Below are positions 17,614 through 25,966 of a DNA stretch of 32,000 nt, one piece after another. Positions within the stretch are counted from its first letter, which is position 1; the number at the start of each line of letters is the position of its first letter. The notes below the pieces were generated by a model. It worked only from the letters and a program-made list of their open reading frames with translations, did not search any database and was not told the origin of the DNA. Source of the stretch: Candidatus Kuenenia stuttgartensis. GTDB taxonomy: Bacteria > Planctomycetota > Brocadiia > Brocadiales > Brocadiaceae. A program made the translations under genes and the position numbers. The stretch covers positions 4,110,001 to 4,142,000 of the forward strand of contig NZ_LT934425.1 in NCBI RefSeq assembly GCF_900232105.1, in the 5' to 3' direction.

Positions 17614-17831
17614 TTCCTTTTTTCTATTCTTGCTTGAAGTTCCTCAATAGATAAAAGCCTCCCACCGGCTGATTCATGTCTTTTGAGCCGTCTGTCTAAT
17701 TCATCCATATGGCTCTTAGGGACAGTGACCATAGATTCATCCGAAGAGATGCTGTCCCATAAGTCTTCGACCAATAGAATTTTTTCTGGTGTACTCAGTT
17801 TTATAATTTCCGGAATATCACTTACACGCAC
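17610..17831 (-). CDS. Addiction module antitoxin (copy B, intact)
   Basis: MRVSDIPEIIKLSTPEKILLVEDLWDSISSDESMVTVPKSHMDELDRRLKRHESAGGRLLSIEELQARIEKRK. Confidence 0.88.
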   Translation of the reverse strand: MRVSDIPEIIKLSTPEKILLVEDLWDSISSDESMVTVPKSHMDELDRRLKRHESAGGRLLSIEELQARIEKRK

Positions 17832-18124
17832 TTTCTTACCTCTTGTTTTATGATAACATTTCTTTTCTTTTTATTCACACTATACAGCAACTGTTTTTCC
17901 ACAGTTGGTCAACCCCGTTAGATAATAAACATCTGATGGAATTGATGTATTTTTTTAAATTGTGGCGTTTGGCTTATTTATCAAGATTTTACAAGCAACC
18001 CAAGTCTTTCGTGATAGCAAAGACACGTCGTAAAACATGTCTATTTCGAATGTAGTTTGTCAATTTGAAAGATTCGACCCCTTTGGCCCCGTTAATATGA
18101 GTTTTCCACCCTCTTGATGTGCCT

Positions 18125-18400
18125 CTAACATATCCCCTTACCGCAGGTATTCTCCTTTCTTTTACCTCTTGAAGCCTCCAATACGGTTATTCCAACCAAT
18201 TCAGTTTCTTTATACCTCAGCAACACCCCGTTTTCAAGCATCTCTGAATCAGTTGCCTTCTGGGGTCTTTTAAAATTGATGTAAAGAACATCGGCTTCTT
18301 TGTCGTAATCCACCCACATTTTTGTTTCCGGCATCTTTATGAAATGGGAAACAAGCCCATAGACTTCCTTTAAAGTATTTTCTATTTTTGTTGTTGCCAT
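18125..18400 (-). CDS. DUF2283-domain protein
   Basis: MWVDYDKEADVLYINFKRPQKATDSEMLENGVLLRYKETELVGITVLEASR. Confidence 0.82.
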   Translation of the reverse strand: MATTKIENTLKEVYGLVSHFIKMPETKMWVDYDKEADVLYINFKRPQKATDSEMLENGVLLRYKETELVGITVLEASRGKRKENTCGKGIC

Positions 18401-18693
18401 ACAATCACCTCTCTTTCAAGTTTTATCTTACTTGTGAAATATGCAGTTATTATAAAACCATCATCATTACTGGTTTCCTTATAAACAACAGCAAGGAATC
18501 GGTTTTCCCCTGATTCTTTCAGGGCGATCAGTGCTTGTGCATAACCCTTAACAACATAATCAGGAGATTCAATAGTATTTAGAACTTCATCATAATAGCC
18601 TGCCAAATCATCATGGTTTTCTACTATGTGAACCCATCGCTCATCAGTTAGTCTGATTGGAACACCATTAATTGATTTTACTATTTCCATCAC
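18382..18693 (-). CDS. PBECR-like (barnase/EndoU/colicin/RelE-like) putative nuclease toxin
   Basis: RLTDERWVHIVENHDDLAGYYDEVLNTIESPDYVVKGYAQALIALKE...RFLAVVYKE...DGFIITAYFTSKIKLEREVIVWQ; overlaps the DUF2283 gene. Family assignment is from memory of the pattern. Confidence 0.6.
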   Translation of the reverse strand: MMEIVKSINGVPIRLTDERWVHIVENHDDLAGYYDEVLNTIESPDYVVKGYAQALIALKESGENRFLAVVYKETSNDDGFIITAYFTSKIKLEREVIVWQQQK

Positions 18694-18724
18694 TCCCTTA
18701 TTCTACCTCAAAATATCCATCTTC

Positions 18725-19863
18725 GTAATATAGTAAAAAGCATTTATTTTTAGAAGAACCTGTTTTTTTCTTGCATTTGAATTGTTTCTAGAGTATTAAA
18801 TTCTGCATGAATCCATTTCTCAGTGAAAAAACCCGAATAGAATTTAAAAAAGCACATAAGAAAGAGCCTCATAGACGTCATGCCGACCGAATCAAAGCTA
18901 TACTTCTTCTTGATTCAGGATGGAGTTATGAAGAAGTAGCAGAAGCGCTCTTGTTAGACGATCAAACAATCAGGAATTACGAAAAACTATACAAAGATAA
19001 AGGTTTCGACGGGCTTTTATCTGACAATTATGTTGGCTGTATGCCAAAACTCACTTGCGAACAAGAAGAACAATTAAAAGATCATATCAGGAAAAACAAC
19101 TATAGCGCGGCAAAAGAAATTGTTGAATATGTAAAACAGACATTCAATAAGACCTATACACCCGAAGGAATGGTACATACCCTCGATAGATTAGGCTTTA
19201 CTTACAAGAAAACCACAATAGTTCCAGGCAAAGCAAACCCTGAAAAACAAAAAGAATTTATCGAAAACTACAAACAACTCAAAGAAGAGAAAGCCCCTGG
19301 AGATAAGATACTTTTTATGGATGGAGTTCATCCACAGCACAATTCTACGTCTGCATATTGCTGGATAGAGAAAGGCAAAAAGAAGGAAATACCCTCTAAT
19401 ACCGGCAGGAAAAGAATAAATTTAAACGGTGCTATTGACATAGAAACCTTTGAAGTAACAATCCGGGAAGATGAAAGCATCAATGCTCAATCAACAATAA
19501 AGCTTTTCCATGAAATAGAGTCAAGGTATGCTCAAGCCGGTACTATTTACATAATCTCTGATAATGCTAAATATTACAGGTCTAAGTTGGTCAAAGAATA
19601 CCTTGCAAATTCGAGAATAAAGATCAAATTTCTCCCTTCCTATTCACCCAATTTAAATCTCATTGAAAGATTATGGAAATTCTTTCGCAAAAAAATATTG
19701 TATAACAAGTATTATGATACTTATGAGAAGTTTAAAAACAAATGTTTAAGTTTTTTCAAAAATATTAACGAGTATACAGATGAATTGTCTACTCTTTTAA
19801 CTGAAAATTTTCAAATTATTGGCGAGCAAATTTCGAAAATCTGATTTGTTTGACTATAACTAC
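18725..19863 (+). mobile_element. IS630-family insertion sequence
   Basis: Transposase ORF 18807..19844 flanked by imperfect inverted ends gtaatatagtaaaaag (18725) and ttgtttgactataactac (ends 19863). Exact boundaries uncertain. Confidence 0.6.
18807..19844 (+). CDS. IS630 family transposase
   Basis: HTH DRIKAILLLDSGWSYEEVAEALLLDDQTIRNYEK; DDE: ILFMDGVHPQHN, IYIISDNAKYYRSKLV, KIKFLPSYSPNLNLIERLWKFFRKK. Confidence 0.93.
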   Translation: MNPFLSEKTRIEFKKAHKKEPHRRHADRIKAILLLDSGWSYEEVAEALLLDDQTIRNYEKLYKDKGFDGLLSDNYVGCMPKLTCEQEEQLKDHIRKNNYSAAKEIVEYVKQTFNKTYTPEGMVHTLDRLGFTYKKTTIVPGKANPEKQKEFIENYKQLKEEKAPGDKILFMDGVHPQHNSTSAYCWIEKGKKKEIPSNTGRKRINLNGAIDIETFEVTIREDESINAQSTIKLFHEIESRYAQAGTIYIISDNAKYYRSKLVKEYLANSRIKIKFLPSYSPNLNLIERLWKFFRKKILYNKYYDTYEKFKNKCLSFFKNINEYTDELSTLLTENFQIIGEQISKI

Positions 19864-19965
19864 AAAACTATCCCTTGAAATCAAAACATAGAAGAGGGAT
19901 GGGTCACATCTTTATCAATTAAATATTTACCAATGATAAAGATTCGATCCCATCCGGCTTCAAGG

Positions 19966-20285
19966 TTAGGGTTTGTGCGGTTCTCTGTCTTGAAGTGTTA
20001 ATCGGATAGAATGGGGATCACGCGCACAATGAAAAAGCCCAAACACAATTATATTGTTGTCTTCTATCAGGTAGTAAATTGCATACGGAAATCACTGAGT
20101 AAACGACGGTGAAATTTTCAATAAATCTTCGGGTAAAGAAGTGGATTCCGAAGAATCTCACCAACACCCGCATAAAATACCCTCAGGAAATCTTCGCCAA
20201 GTCCGGATGACTTCGCTTCATACCATAAATAACCACCAAAAACATCTTCCTCAATTTCGGGAAGGAAACGCAGTTCTTATATCAT
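19966..20285 (-). pseudogene. Degenerate second copy of the ParE-like toxin (copy B')
   Basis: Same ATG-ATA-TAA start as copy B plus an extra 1-nt deletion (cggaaatcactgagtaaac versus cggaaatcttctgagtaaac). Confidence 0.8.
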
Positions 20286-20503
20286 TTCCTTTTTTCTATT
20301 CTTGCTTGAAGTTCCTCAATAGATAAAAGCCTCCCACCGGCTGATTCATGTCTTTTGAGCCGTCTGTCTAATTCATCCATATGGCTCTTAGGGACAGTGA
20401 CCATAGATTCCATCCGAAGAGATGCTGTCCCATAAGTCTTCGACCAATAGAATTTTTTCTGGTGTACTCAGTTTTGTAATTTCCGGAATATCATTTACAC
20501 GCA
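20282..20503 (-). pseudogene. Degenerate second copy of the antitoxin (copy B')
   Basis: Same sequence as 17610..17831 but with a +1 insertion (catagattccatccg versus catagattcatccg), so no ORF is reported by the track. Confidence 0.8.
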
Positions 20504-21061
20504 CTTTCTTACCTCCTATTTTATGATAACATTTCTTTTCTTTTTATTCACACTATATAGCAACTGTTTTTCCACAGTTGGTCAACCCCCGTTAGATAAT
20601 AAACATCTGATGGAATTGATGTATTTTTTTAAATTGTGGCGTTTGGCTTATTTATCAAGATTTTACAAGCAATCCAAGTCTTTCGTGATAGCAAAGACAC
20701 GTCGTAAAACATGTCTATTTCGAGTGTAATTTGTCAATTTGAAAGATTCGACCCCTTCGGCTTCTTACTTAATATTTAAGATGTGACCCTTTTGTTCCTC
20801 TCATGGGGATTTAGGTTTGCAAATCTGAACCCGCTCAGGTGTCTGAAGGGGCCACAAAATAAGAATGAAAATTTCCCAAATTAAGTACGGTGTCCCTTGA
20901 ATCAACCGATTACCAACAAAATCACAAGGTGGCCCTGCTACTCATTCTCATCGGTTAATATCTGATATGGTATTTTTCTCATGTTAATTGTAGTCTTGGA
21001 GTACGCCTTTACAGATTATCTGAGAATTCATTTTTCACAATTTTTCAATCATAAGTCCTTT

Positions 21062-21328
21062 TTAAATTGTCTCAAATACCTCGACTCTTACATCATATCC
21101 GAGTCTGTGCAGGTAATCATAGCAATCGTCCCATGTTAGGCCAAATTCACGTACATCTGCGAGCCCTATCCGCGCAAGGGTATCTCTTAAAAGTTCAAAA
21201 TACCCATTTTCAAAATCGGCATCTTTCATCATCATTTCTTCTGCCCAACTTGCGAGACTTGGTAAATCCATCTCCCTGTTAAGATACTTTATAAGCATAC
21301 CGGCGAGCATCTTTCTTGATATAATCAT
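21062..21328 (-). CDS. Conserved hypothetical (copy A')
   Basis: Near-identical to 16612..16878 with a few substitutions. Confidence 0.65.
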   Translation of the reverse strand: MIISRKMLAGMLIKYLNREMDLPSLASWAEEMMMKDADFENGYFELLRDTLARIGLADVREFGLTWDDCYDYLHRLGYDVRVEVFETI

Positions 21329-21584
21329 TGTTTTTCATCCCCCATTCTTTTATGACCCTTATCCACAGGATATTTTTCATGGATTTCAATCAATTTTCCA
21401 TTACTATCATAAATTTCCTGATAAGATTTTTGGTTTCTTCCCTGTCATCTACTTCTTTAACGTACCTTGCTTTCCACCCATGCCTTCCTTTTATCTCCAA
21501 CCAATATTTTCTGCCCCCGTCGCTTAATTTTTCGCAATTAAGGAATTTTCTTTCATTAAGCAGCCTTTTACCTTTGATATCCAT
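21325..21584 (-). pseudogene. Small hypothetical gene (copy A'), same A-run frameshift as copy A
   Basis: Identical 64-aa first-frame product and the same 5-A run; ATGA overlap with the next gene. Confidence 0.7.
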
Positions 21585-21773
21585 ATACCCCCAATAAGTC
21601 TGAATTTCGATTTATATTATTATAAAAACAAAAAGCGATAAAAAAATTGTTTTTTTTATCTGGAAGAGGGATGTGAATTATCAAATCAAGACAGAGAACC
21701 GCACAAACCCTTCTTTATCAATTACATATTTGTCAATGGTAAAGATTCGACCCCTTCGTCTCCCTATTCAGGA

Positions 21774-21900
21774 GGTAGCTTGAACTGTCTGGCAGATGAA
21801 AGTGTAGATCGGCAAATAGTAGAGCGTTTAAGGCAAGATGGCCATCAGGTCATGAAAGTAATTTTACGTGGTATAGCTTTATGTCTCTTCTGGAAAATCT
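21774..21900 (+). pseudogene. Truncated DUF5615-like (PIN-like toxin) N-terminal fragment
   Basis: Plus-strand translation LNCLADESVDRQIVERLRQDGHQVM..., the classic N-terminus of this family, then loss of homology. Confidence 0.55.
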
Positions 21901-22032
21901 TCTAAAAACGCTCTTGTTTGTCGGTTAGCGAACGATGTCCATGATTGAGCGCTTCGAGCGCTGCCTCTTATTTTCATTTGCGGCCAAGTTCCCGGACAAT
22001 CTTTAAAGATTAGGCCTCTTTTACTTTATTCT

Positions 22033-22848
22033 TCATATATGCGATAGCCACCACTTAAAAGCCAAATGATTTCCAAGGATCAGGATAGAAAACAGAAAAA
22101 AACTAACCAACACGTGAATGATTAACTCAGAAGGTTTCTTGTTCTCTCCAAGCCCCCTGACTATATAGTAACTTTCCACTATAAATGCTAAGGGAATATA
22201 AGAAACAATTGCTGCCTTATGTAACTTGTGGAGATATTCCAGAATATAATCCTCGGATAAAAGTAGTCCTATGATAAAATATGAAAAAAAAGATAGGATA
22301 TACACCACTCCTAATATAATTGCTAATATGCCCGCCCAGTTTCGGGGGAGATCAGAGACATAGTTGCGAAGATATTGAGTACCAACACGAGCCGCCTTTT
22401 TTACACGACGTTCCAAGTCCAAGTTATAGTCTTCAAGCCGCTTGCGATACTGCTCTTCCTGGTCATGCAGGCGCTTTTTCATCAAGCAAGAGTCAATTCT
22501 TGCCTTGAGCAATACGGGATTAAAAGGTTTTGTTAAGTAGTCGTCCGCACCTTTTTCAATACAACGTACGATACTATCCATATCACCGATAGCTGAGATC
22601 ATGATAACAGGAATGTGACGCCAAGATGCATTGCCTTTCAAATGACACAATACCTCGTATCCATCCATTTCTGGCATCATTATATCAAGCAGAATGATAT
22701 CCGGAGGCTGTTCTCTTACTTTAGCCAATGCAGATAGTCCATTTTCTGCAAGGATAGAAATATGCCCAAGCTCATTAATCCTCTCGTTTAGGATATTGCG
22801 GTTAGACTCTTTATCCTCAACGATAAGAATTCTTGCCTGATTTGCCAT
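22033..22848 (-). CDS. Response regulator receiver domain fused to a C-terminal multi-TM domain
   Basis: REC motif LLDIMMPEMDGYEVL...VIMISA...DYLTKPF, coiled coil, then hydrophobic segments WAGILAIILGVVYILSFFSYFIIGLLL, AAIVSYIPLAFIVE, LIIHVLVSFFLFSILILG. Confidence 0.85.
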   Translation of the reverse strand: MANQARILIVEDKESNRNILNERINELGHISILAENGLSALAKVREQPPDIILLDIMMPEMDGYEVLCHLKGNASWRHIPVIMISAIGDMDSIVRCIEKGADDYLTKPFNPVLLKARIDSCLMKKRLHDQEEQYRKRLEDYNLDLERRVKKAARVGTQYLRNYVSDLPRNWAGILAIILGVVYILSFFSYFIIGLLLSEDYILEYLHKLHKAAIVSYIPLAFIVESYYIVRGLGENKKPSELIIHVLVSFFLFSILILGNHLAFKWWLSHI

Positions 22849-23005
22849 GAAATTTCCCTCCGCAAATTTTCAACGCTTAAACACTTTTTAATAACTGCAT
22901 ACATTTGCTTTACATGGATAGGTTATCTACATCCAGTATTTCAATGGTCATCGCCAGATTACGCTCGTTATCCTTTGCTATTAGTATACGACGCTTTTCA
23001 AGGTG

Positions 23006-24193
23006 TTAACCCATTTCCTTTTGATTTGGAGGTCGTAGAGGTAGTATAAATGTAAAAGTACTTCCTTTTCCATAAAAGCTCTCCACCCAAATTTCACCAC
23101 CATGTAATTCAACTAAACGTTTTGTAAGCGCTAAACTAAGGCCAGCCCCTTCATAATTCCGTGCTAATGAAGAATCCACTTGGCTGAATGCTTCAAATAT
23201 TTTTTCTATATCTTCTTGTTTTATACCAATTCCTGTATCTGCAATAGCAAATTGTACATAGAGATCTTTCAATGTTGTGTCTATACACACATTACCATTT
23301 TTGGGGGTAAATTTTATTGCATTAGATAAAAGATTAAACAGTATTTGTTTTAATTTCAATTGATCTACAACGAAAGTAGGTATATCGGATTGGATAGTAT
23401 TCTTTATTGTAATATTTTTCTTATTTGCAATTCCTGACACCGTATTTAATACGTCATCTATTGTTTCTTTCACGCAAATTTCTTCATATTTTAGCTCTAA
23501 TTTTCCCGCTTCAATCTTTGAAATGTCTAACACGTTGTTAATCATGTTGAGTAAATGTTTTCCGCTGCTGTAAATATCGTCTACATATTCTCTTTGTTCA
23601 TCATTTATGGGTCCAACCAATCCATCCTTTAAGACTTCCGCAAATCCAATAATTGCATTGAGCGGAGTACGAAGTTCGTGCGACATTGTTGCCAAAAATT
23701 CAGATTTCAATCTATATGCCTTTTCTAATGCAATATTTGTTTTTTGAAGATCACTGGTTTTTTCCTGTACTTTTTTTTCAAGCAGATGGCGATACTGTTC
23801 TTCCTGATCATGCAGGCGCTTTTTCATCAAGCAAGAGCCGATTCTTGCCTTGAGCAATACGGGATTATAAGGTTTTGTTAAGTAGTCGTCCGCACCTTTT
23901 TCAATACACCGTATGATACTTTTCATATCATCGATGGCTGAGATCATGATAACAGGAATGTGACGCCATGAAGCGCTGTCTTTCAAATGACATAAAACCT
24001 CGTATCCATCCATTTCTGGCATCATTATATCAAGCAGGATGAGATCTGGAGGCTGTTCTCTTATTTGAGCCAATGCAGAAAGTCCATTCTCCGCGGGGAT
24101 AGAAATATGTCCAAGTGCATTAACCCTCTCGTTTAGGATATCGCGGCTAGTCTTTTTATCCTCAACGATAAGAACTCTTGCTGGATTTGTCAT
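23006..24193 (-). CDS. Receiver-histidine kinase hybrid (REC-HisKA-HATPase)
   Basis: N-terminal REC (DLILLDIMMPEMDGYEVL), FLATMSHELRTPLNAIIGF H-box, HATPase VQFAIADTGIGIKQEDIEKIFEAFSQVD...GAGLSLALTKRLVELHGG. Confidence 0.93.
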   Translation of the reverse strand: MTNPARVLIVEDKKTSRDILNERVNALGHISIPAENGLSALAQIREQPPDLILLDIMMPEMDGYEVLCHLKDSASWRHIPVIMISAIDDMKSIIRCIEKGADDYLTKPYNPVLLKARIGSCLMKKRLHDQEEQYRHLLEKKVQEKTSDLQKTNIALEKAYRLKSEFLATMSHELRTPLNAIIGFAEVLKDGLVGPINDEQREYVDDIYSSGKHLLNMINNVLDISKIEAGKLELKYEEICVKETIDDVLNTVSGIANKKNITIKNTIQSDIPTFVVDQLKLKQILFNLLSNAIKFTPKNGNVCIDTTLKDLYVQFAIADTGIGIKQEDIEKIFEAFSQVDSSLARNYEGAGLSLALTKRLVELHGGEIWVESFYGKGSTFTFILPLRPPNQKEMG

Positions 24194-24207
24194 GAAATTT
24201 CCCTTAG

Positions 24208-25836
24208 TTAATTTTCAACGCTTAAATACTTTTTAAGAACCGCATATAATTGCTTTACATGGATAGGTTTTGCCAGGTGCGCGGTGCAACCCTTAGCAAG
24301 ATAAGTTTTTTCGGCTTCAGCACCTGTACTGGCAGTCATGGCGATAATAGGAGTATTAACAAATTCTGGTATAGCTCGAAGCCTTTGAGTTGCCTCCAGG
24401 CCATCCATTACCGGCATCCGAATATCCATCAAAATCAATTCAGGTTTATGCTGTTTAGCCATCTCAATCGCCTCCTGTCCGTTTCTGGCAACTACTACCT
24501 GGTGGTTATGTACCTCCAACATTTCAACGGTCATCGCCAAATTACGCTCGTTATCCTCTACTATTAGTATGCGACGCCCTGTAGGAAATACACCATTTTC
24601 TTTTAAAACTTTCCCCACCTCTTTTTGTTCGGAAGATTTTTCTCGCGGTAATTTTTTCAGTGGTAGGGTAAACCAAAAGGTACTCCCCTTCCCCAATTTG
24701 CTCTCAACGCCAATTTTCCCATCATGTAGTTCCACCAGTCGGCGTGTTAGGGCCAACCCAATCCCTGTACCACCAAGTTGTTCATCGATCACATTCTCTG
24801 CCTGGTAGAATTCAGAAAAAATCTTATCGATCTTATCTTCCGCGATCCCAATCCCGGTATCCCTGACTTCTATTTTGACTCCGGAGTCTCCGTCACTAAC
24901 AGCACAAATTTCAACCCGTCCATCTTTTGGCGTAAACTTGAGTGCGTTTGTGAGTAAATTCATAAGAATCTGCTTACACTTCCTAAGATCAGCCATCACA
25001 ACTGATAGTTCCGGTTCAATTATTATTTTCACTTTTATCTTTTTCTTCACAAACTGACGACTCATCATGGATACCATACCATTAATTAGTTCATCGATTG
25101 AAACATCCTCCAGTTCGAGTTCCATTGCTCCCGCATCTATCTTGGACATATCAAGCAAATCGTTGATAAGAGACAACAGGAATTTTCCACTACTGTTGAT
25201 TTCACCGATATATCTTAACTGTTTTTCATTGAGCTTTCCAGGCAATTGCTCACTTAAAAGATCGGTATAGCCAATGATAACATTGAGCGGTGTACGCAAC
25301 TCGTGGCTCATATTTGAGAGGAATTGAGTTTTGGCTCTGTTGGCATGTTCTTGTAAGAGTTTAGCAGCTTCAAGGTTTTTGTAAGACGTGCGTAACTCAT
25401 TCTCCACTTTCTTTCGTCCATTCATTTCTCGCGTCATTTCGAGGTTTGCATTTCTTAGTTGGGAAGGGCTCGGTAGTGCAATTGCCTTGGGAATAAGGGG
25501 CCAGATGGCTATGGCGGTAGATGCGGATGCTATGGCCGTAAGAAACTTTACGACACCTTCAAACCTATAAGAAGGGCTCCATAGGGTCCAGATATCCAGA
25601 AAATGAGTGGAACCACATGAGAAAATGAATAAACCAAACATGACGAACATCCACTTAAACTCCAGGTCTTCTCGCCTCCGCACGAAGTAAAATAGTGCAA
25701 CAGGAATAGAATAGTATGATGCGGTAATAATGCCGTCAGAGATTACGAATAGCCATAAGATTTCAGGCCTCCATAGTAGACATTGCCCATGAGGCATAAA
25801 ATCTTGGGTAAAGAGATTCTGAAAAAACTCAATCAT
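24208..25836 (-). CDS. Ethylene receptor (ETR1)-like membrane hybrid histidine kinase with C-terminal receiver
   Basis: N-term VISDGIITASYYSIPVALFYFVRRREDLEFKWMFVMFGLFIFSCGSTHFLDIWTLW aligns by eye with ETR1 ethylene-binding domain; FLSNMSHELRTPLNVIIGY; C-term REC LILMDIRMPVMDGLEA. Start at 25836 has upstream TAGGAGGAGG. Confidence 0.88.
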   Translation of the reverse strand: MIEFFQNLFTQDFMPHGQCLLWRPEILWLFVISDGIITASYYSIPVALFYFVRRREDLEFKWMFVMFGLFIFSCGSTHFLDIWTLWSPSYRFEGVVKFLTAIASASTAIAIWPLIPKAIALPSPSQLRNANLEMTREMNGRKKVENELRTSYKNLEAAKLLQEHANRAKTQFLSNMSHELRTPLNVIIGYTDLLSEQLPGKLNEKQLRYIGEINSSGKFLLSLINDLLDMSKIDAGAMELELEDVSIDELINGMVSMMSRQFVKKKIKVKIIIEPELSVVMADLRKCKQILMNLLTNALKFTPKDGRVEICAVSDGDSGVKIEVRDTGIGIAEDKIDKIFSEFYQAENVIDEQLGGTGIGLALTRRLVELHDGKIGVESKLGKGSTFWFTLPLKKLPREKSSEQKEVGKVLKENGVFPTGRRILIVEDNERNLAMTVEMLEVHNHQVVVARNGQEAIEMAKQHKPELILMDIRMPVMDGLEATQRLRAIPEFVNTPIIAMTASTGAEAEKTYLAKGCTAHLAKPIHVKQLYAVLKKYLSVEN

Positions 25837-25966
25837 GTTAATCCTCCTCCTACTTAATAGATTTTTTGCGTAACACCTTTTTTTTAGTGGCAAGGTAAAC
25901 TAATCTGAAGATACACTCTGTGATTTTTGCGTTCTTTAATGTCCATAAGCCTATGGAAGTCTATTT

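Larger units (their letters stand above)
17262..18097 (+). repeat. Segmental duplication block B (partner 19936..20763)
   Basis: Near-identical from TAAAGATTCGATCCCATCCGGCTTCAAGG through GTCAATTTGAAAGATTCGACCCC. Confidence 0.9.

Noticed and set aside
17469-17654. ORFs 17469..17654 and 20141..20326 (MASEESHQHPHKIPSG...)
   Set aside because: They are antisense to the ParE-like toxin sequence and duplicated only because block B is duplicated.
12600-21800. The cassette-like array of same-strand TA pairs separated by palindromes looks like a chromosomal integron.
   Set aside because: No integrase gene is seen, and the repeat lacks recognisable attC core boxes (GTTRRRY/RYYYAAC pairing); repeats are only ~50 bp and some are half copies. 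Kept only as an analogy.
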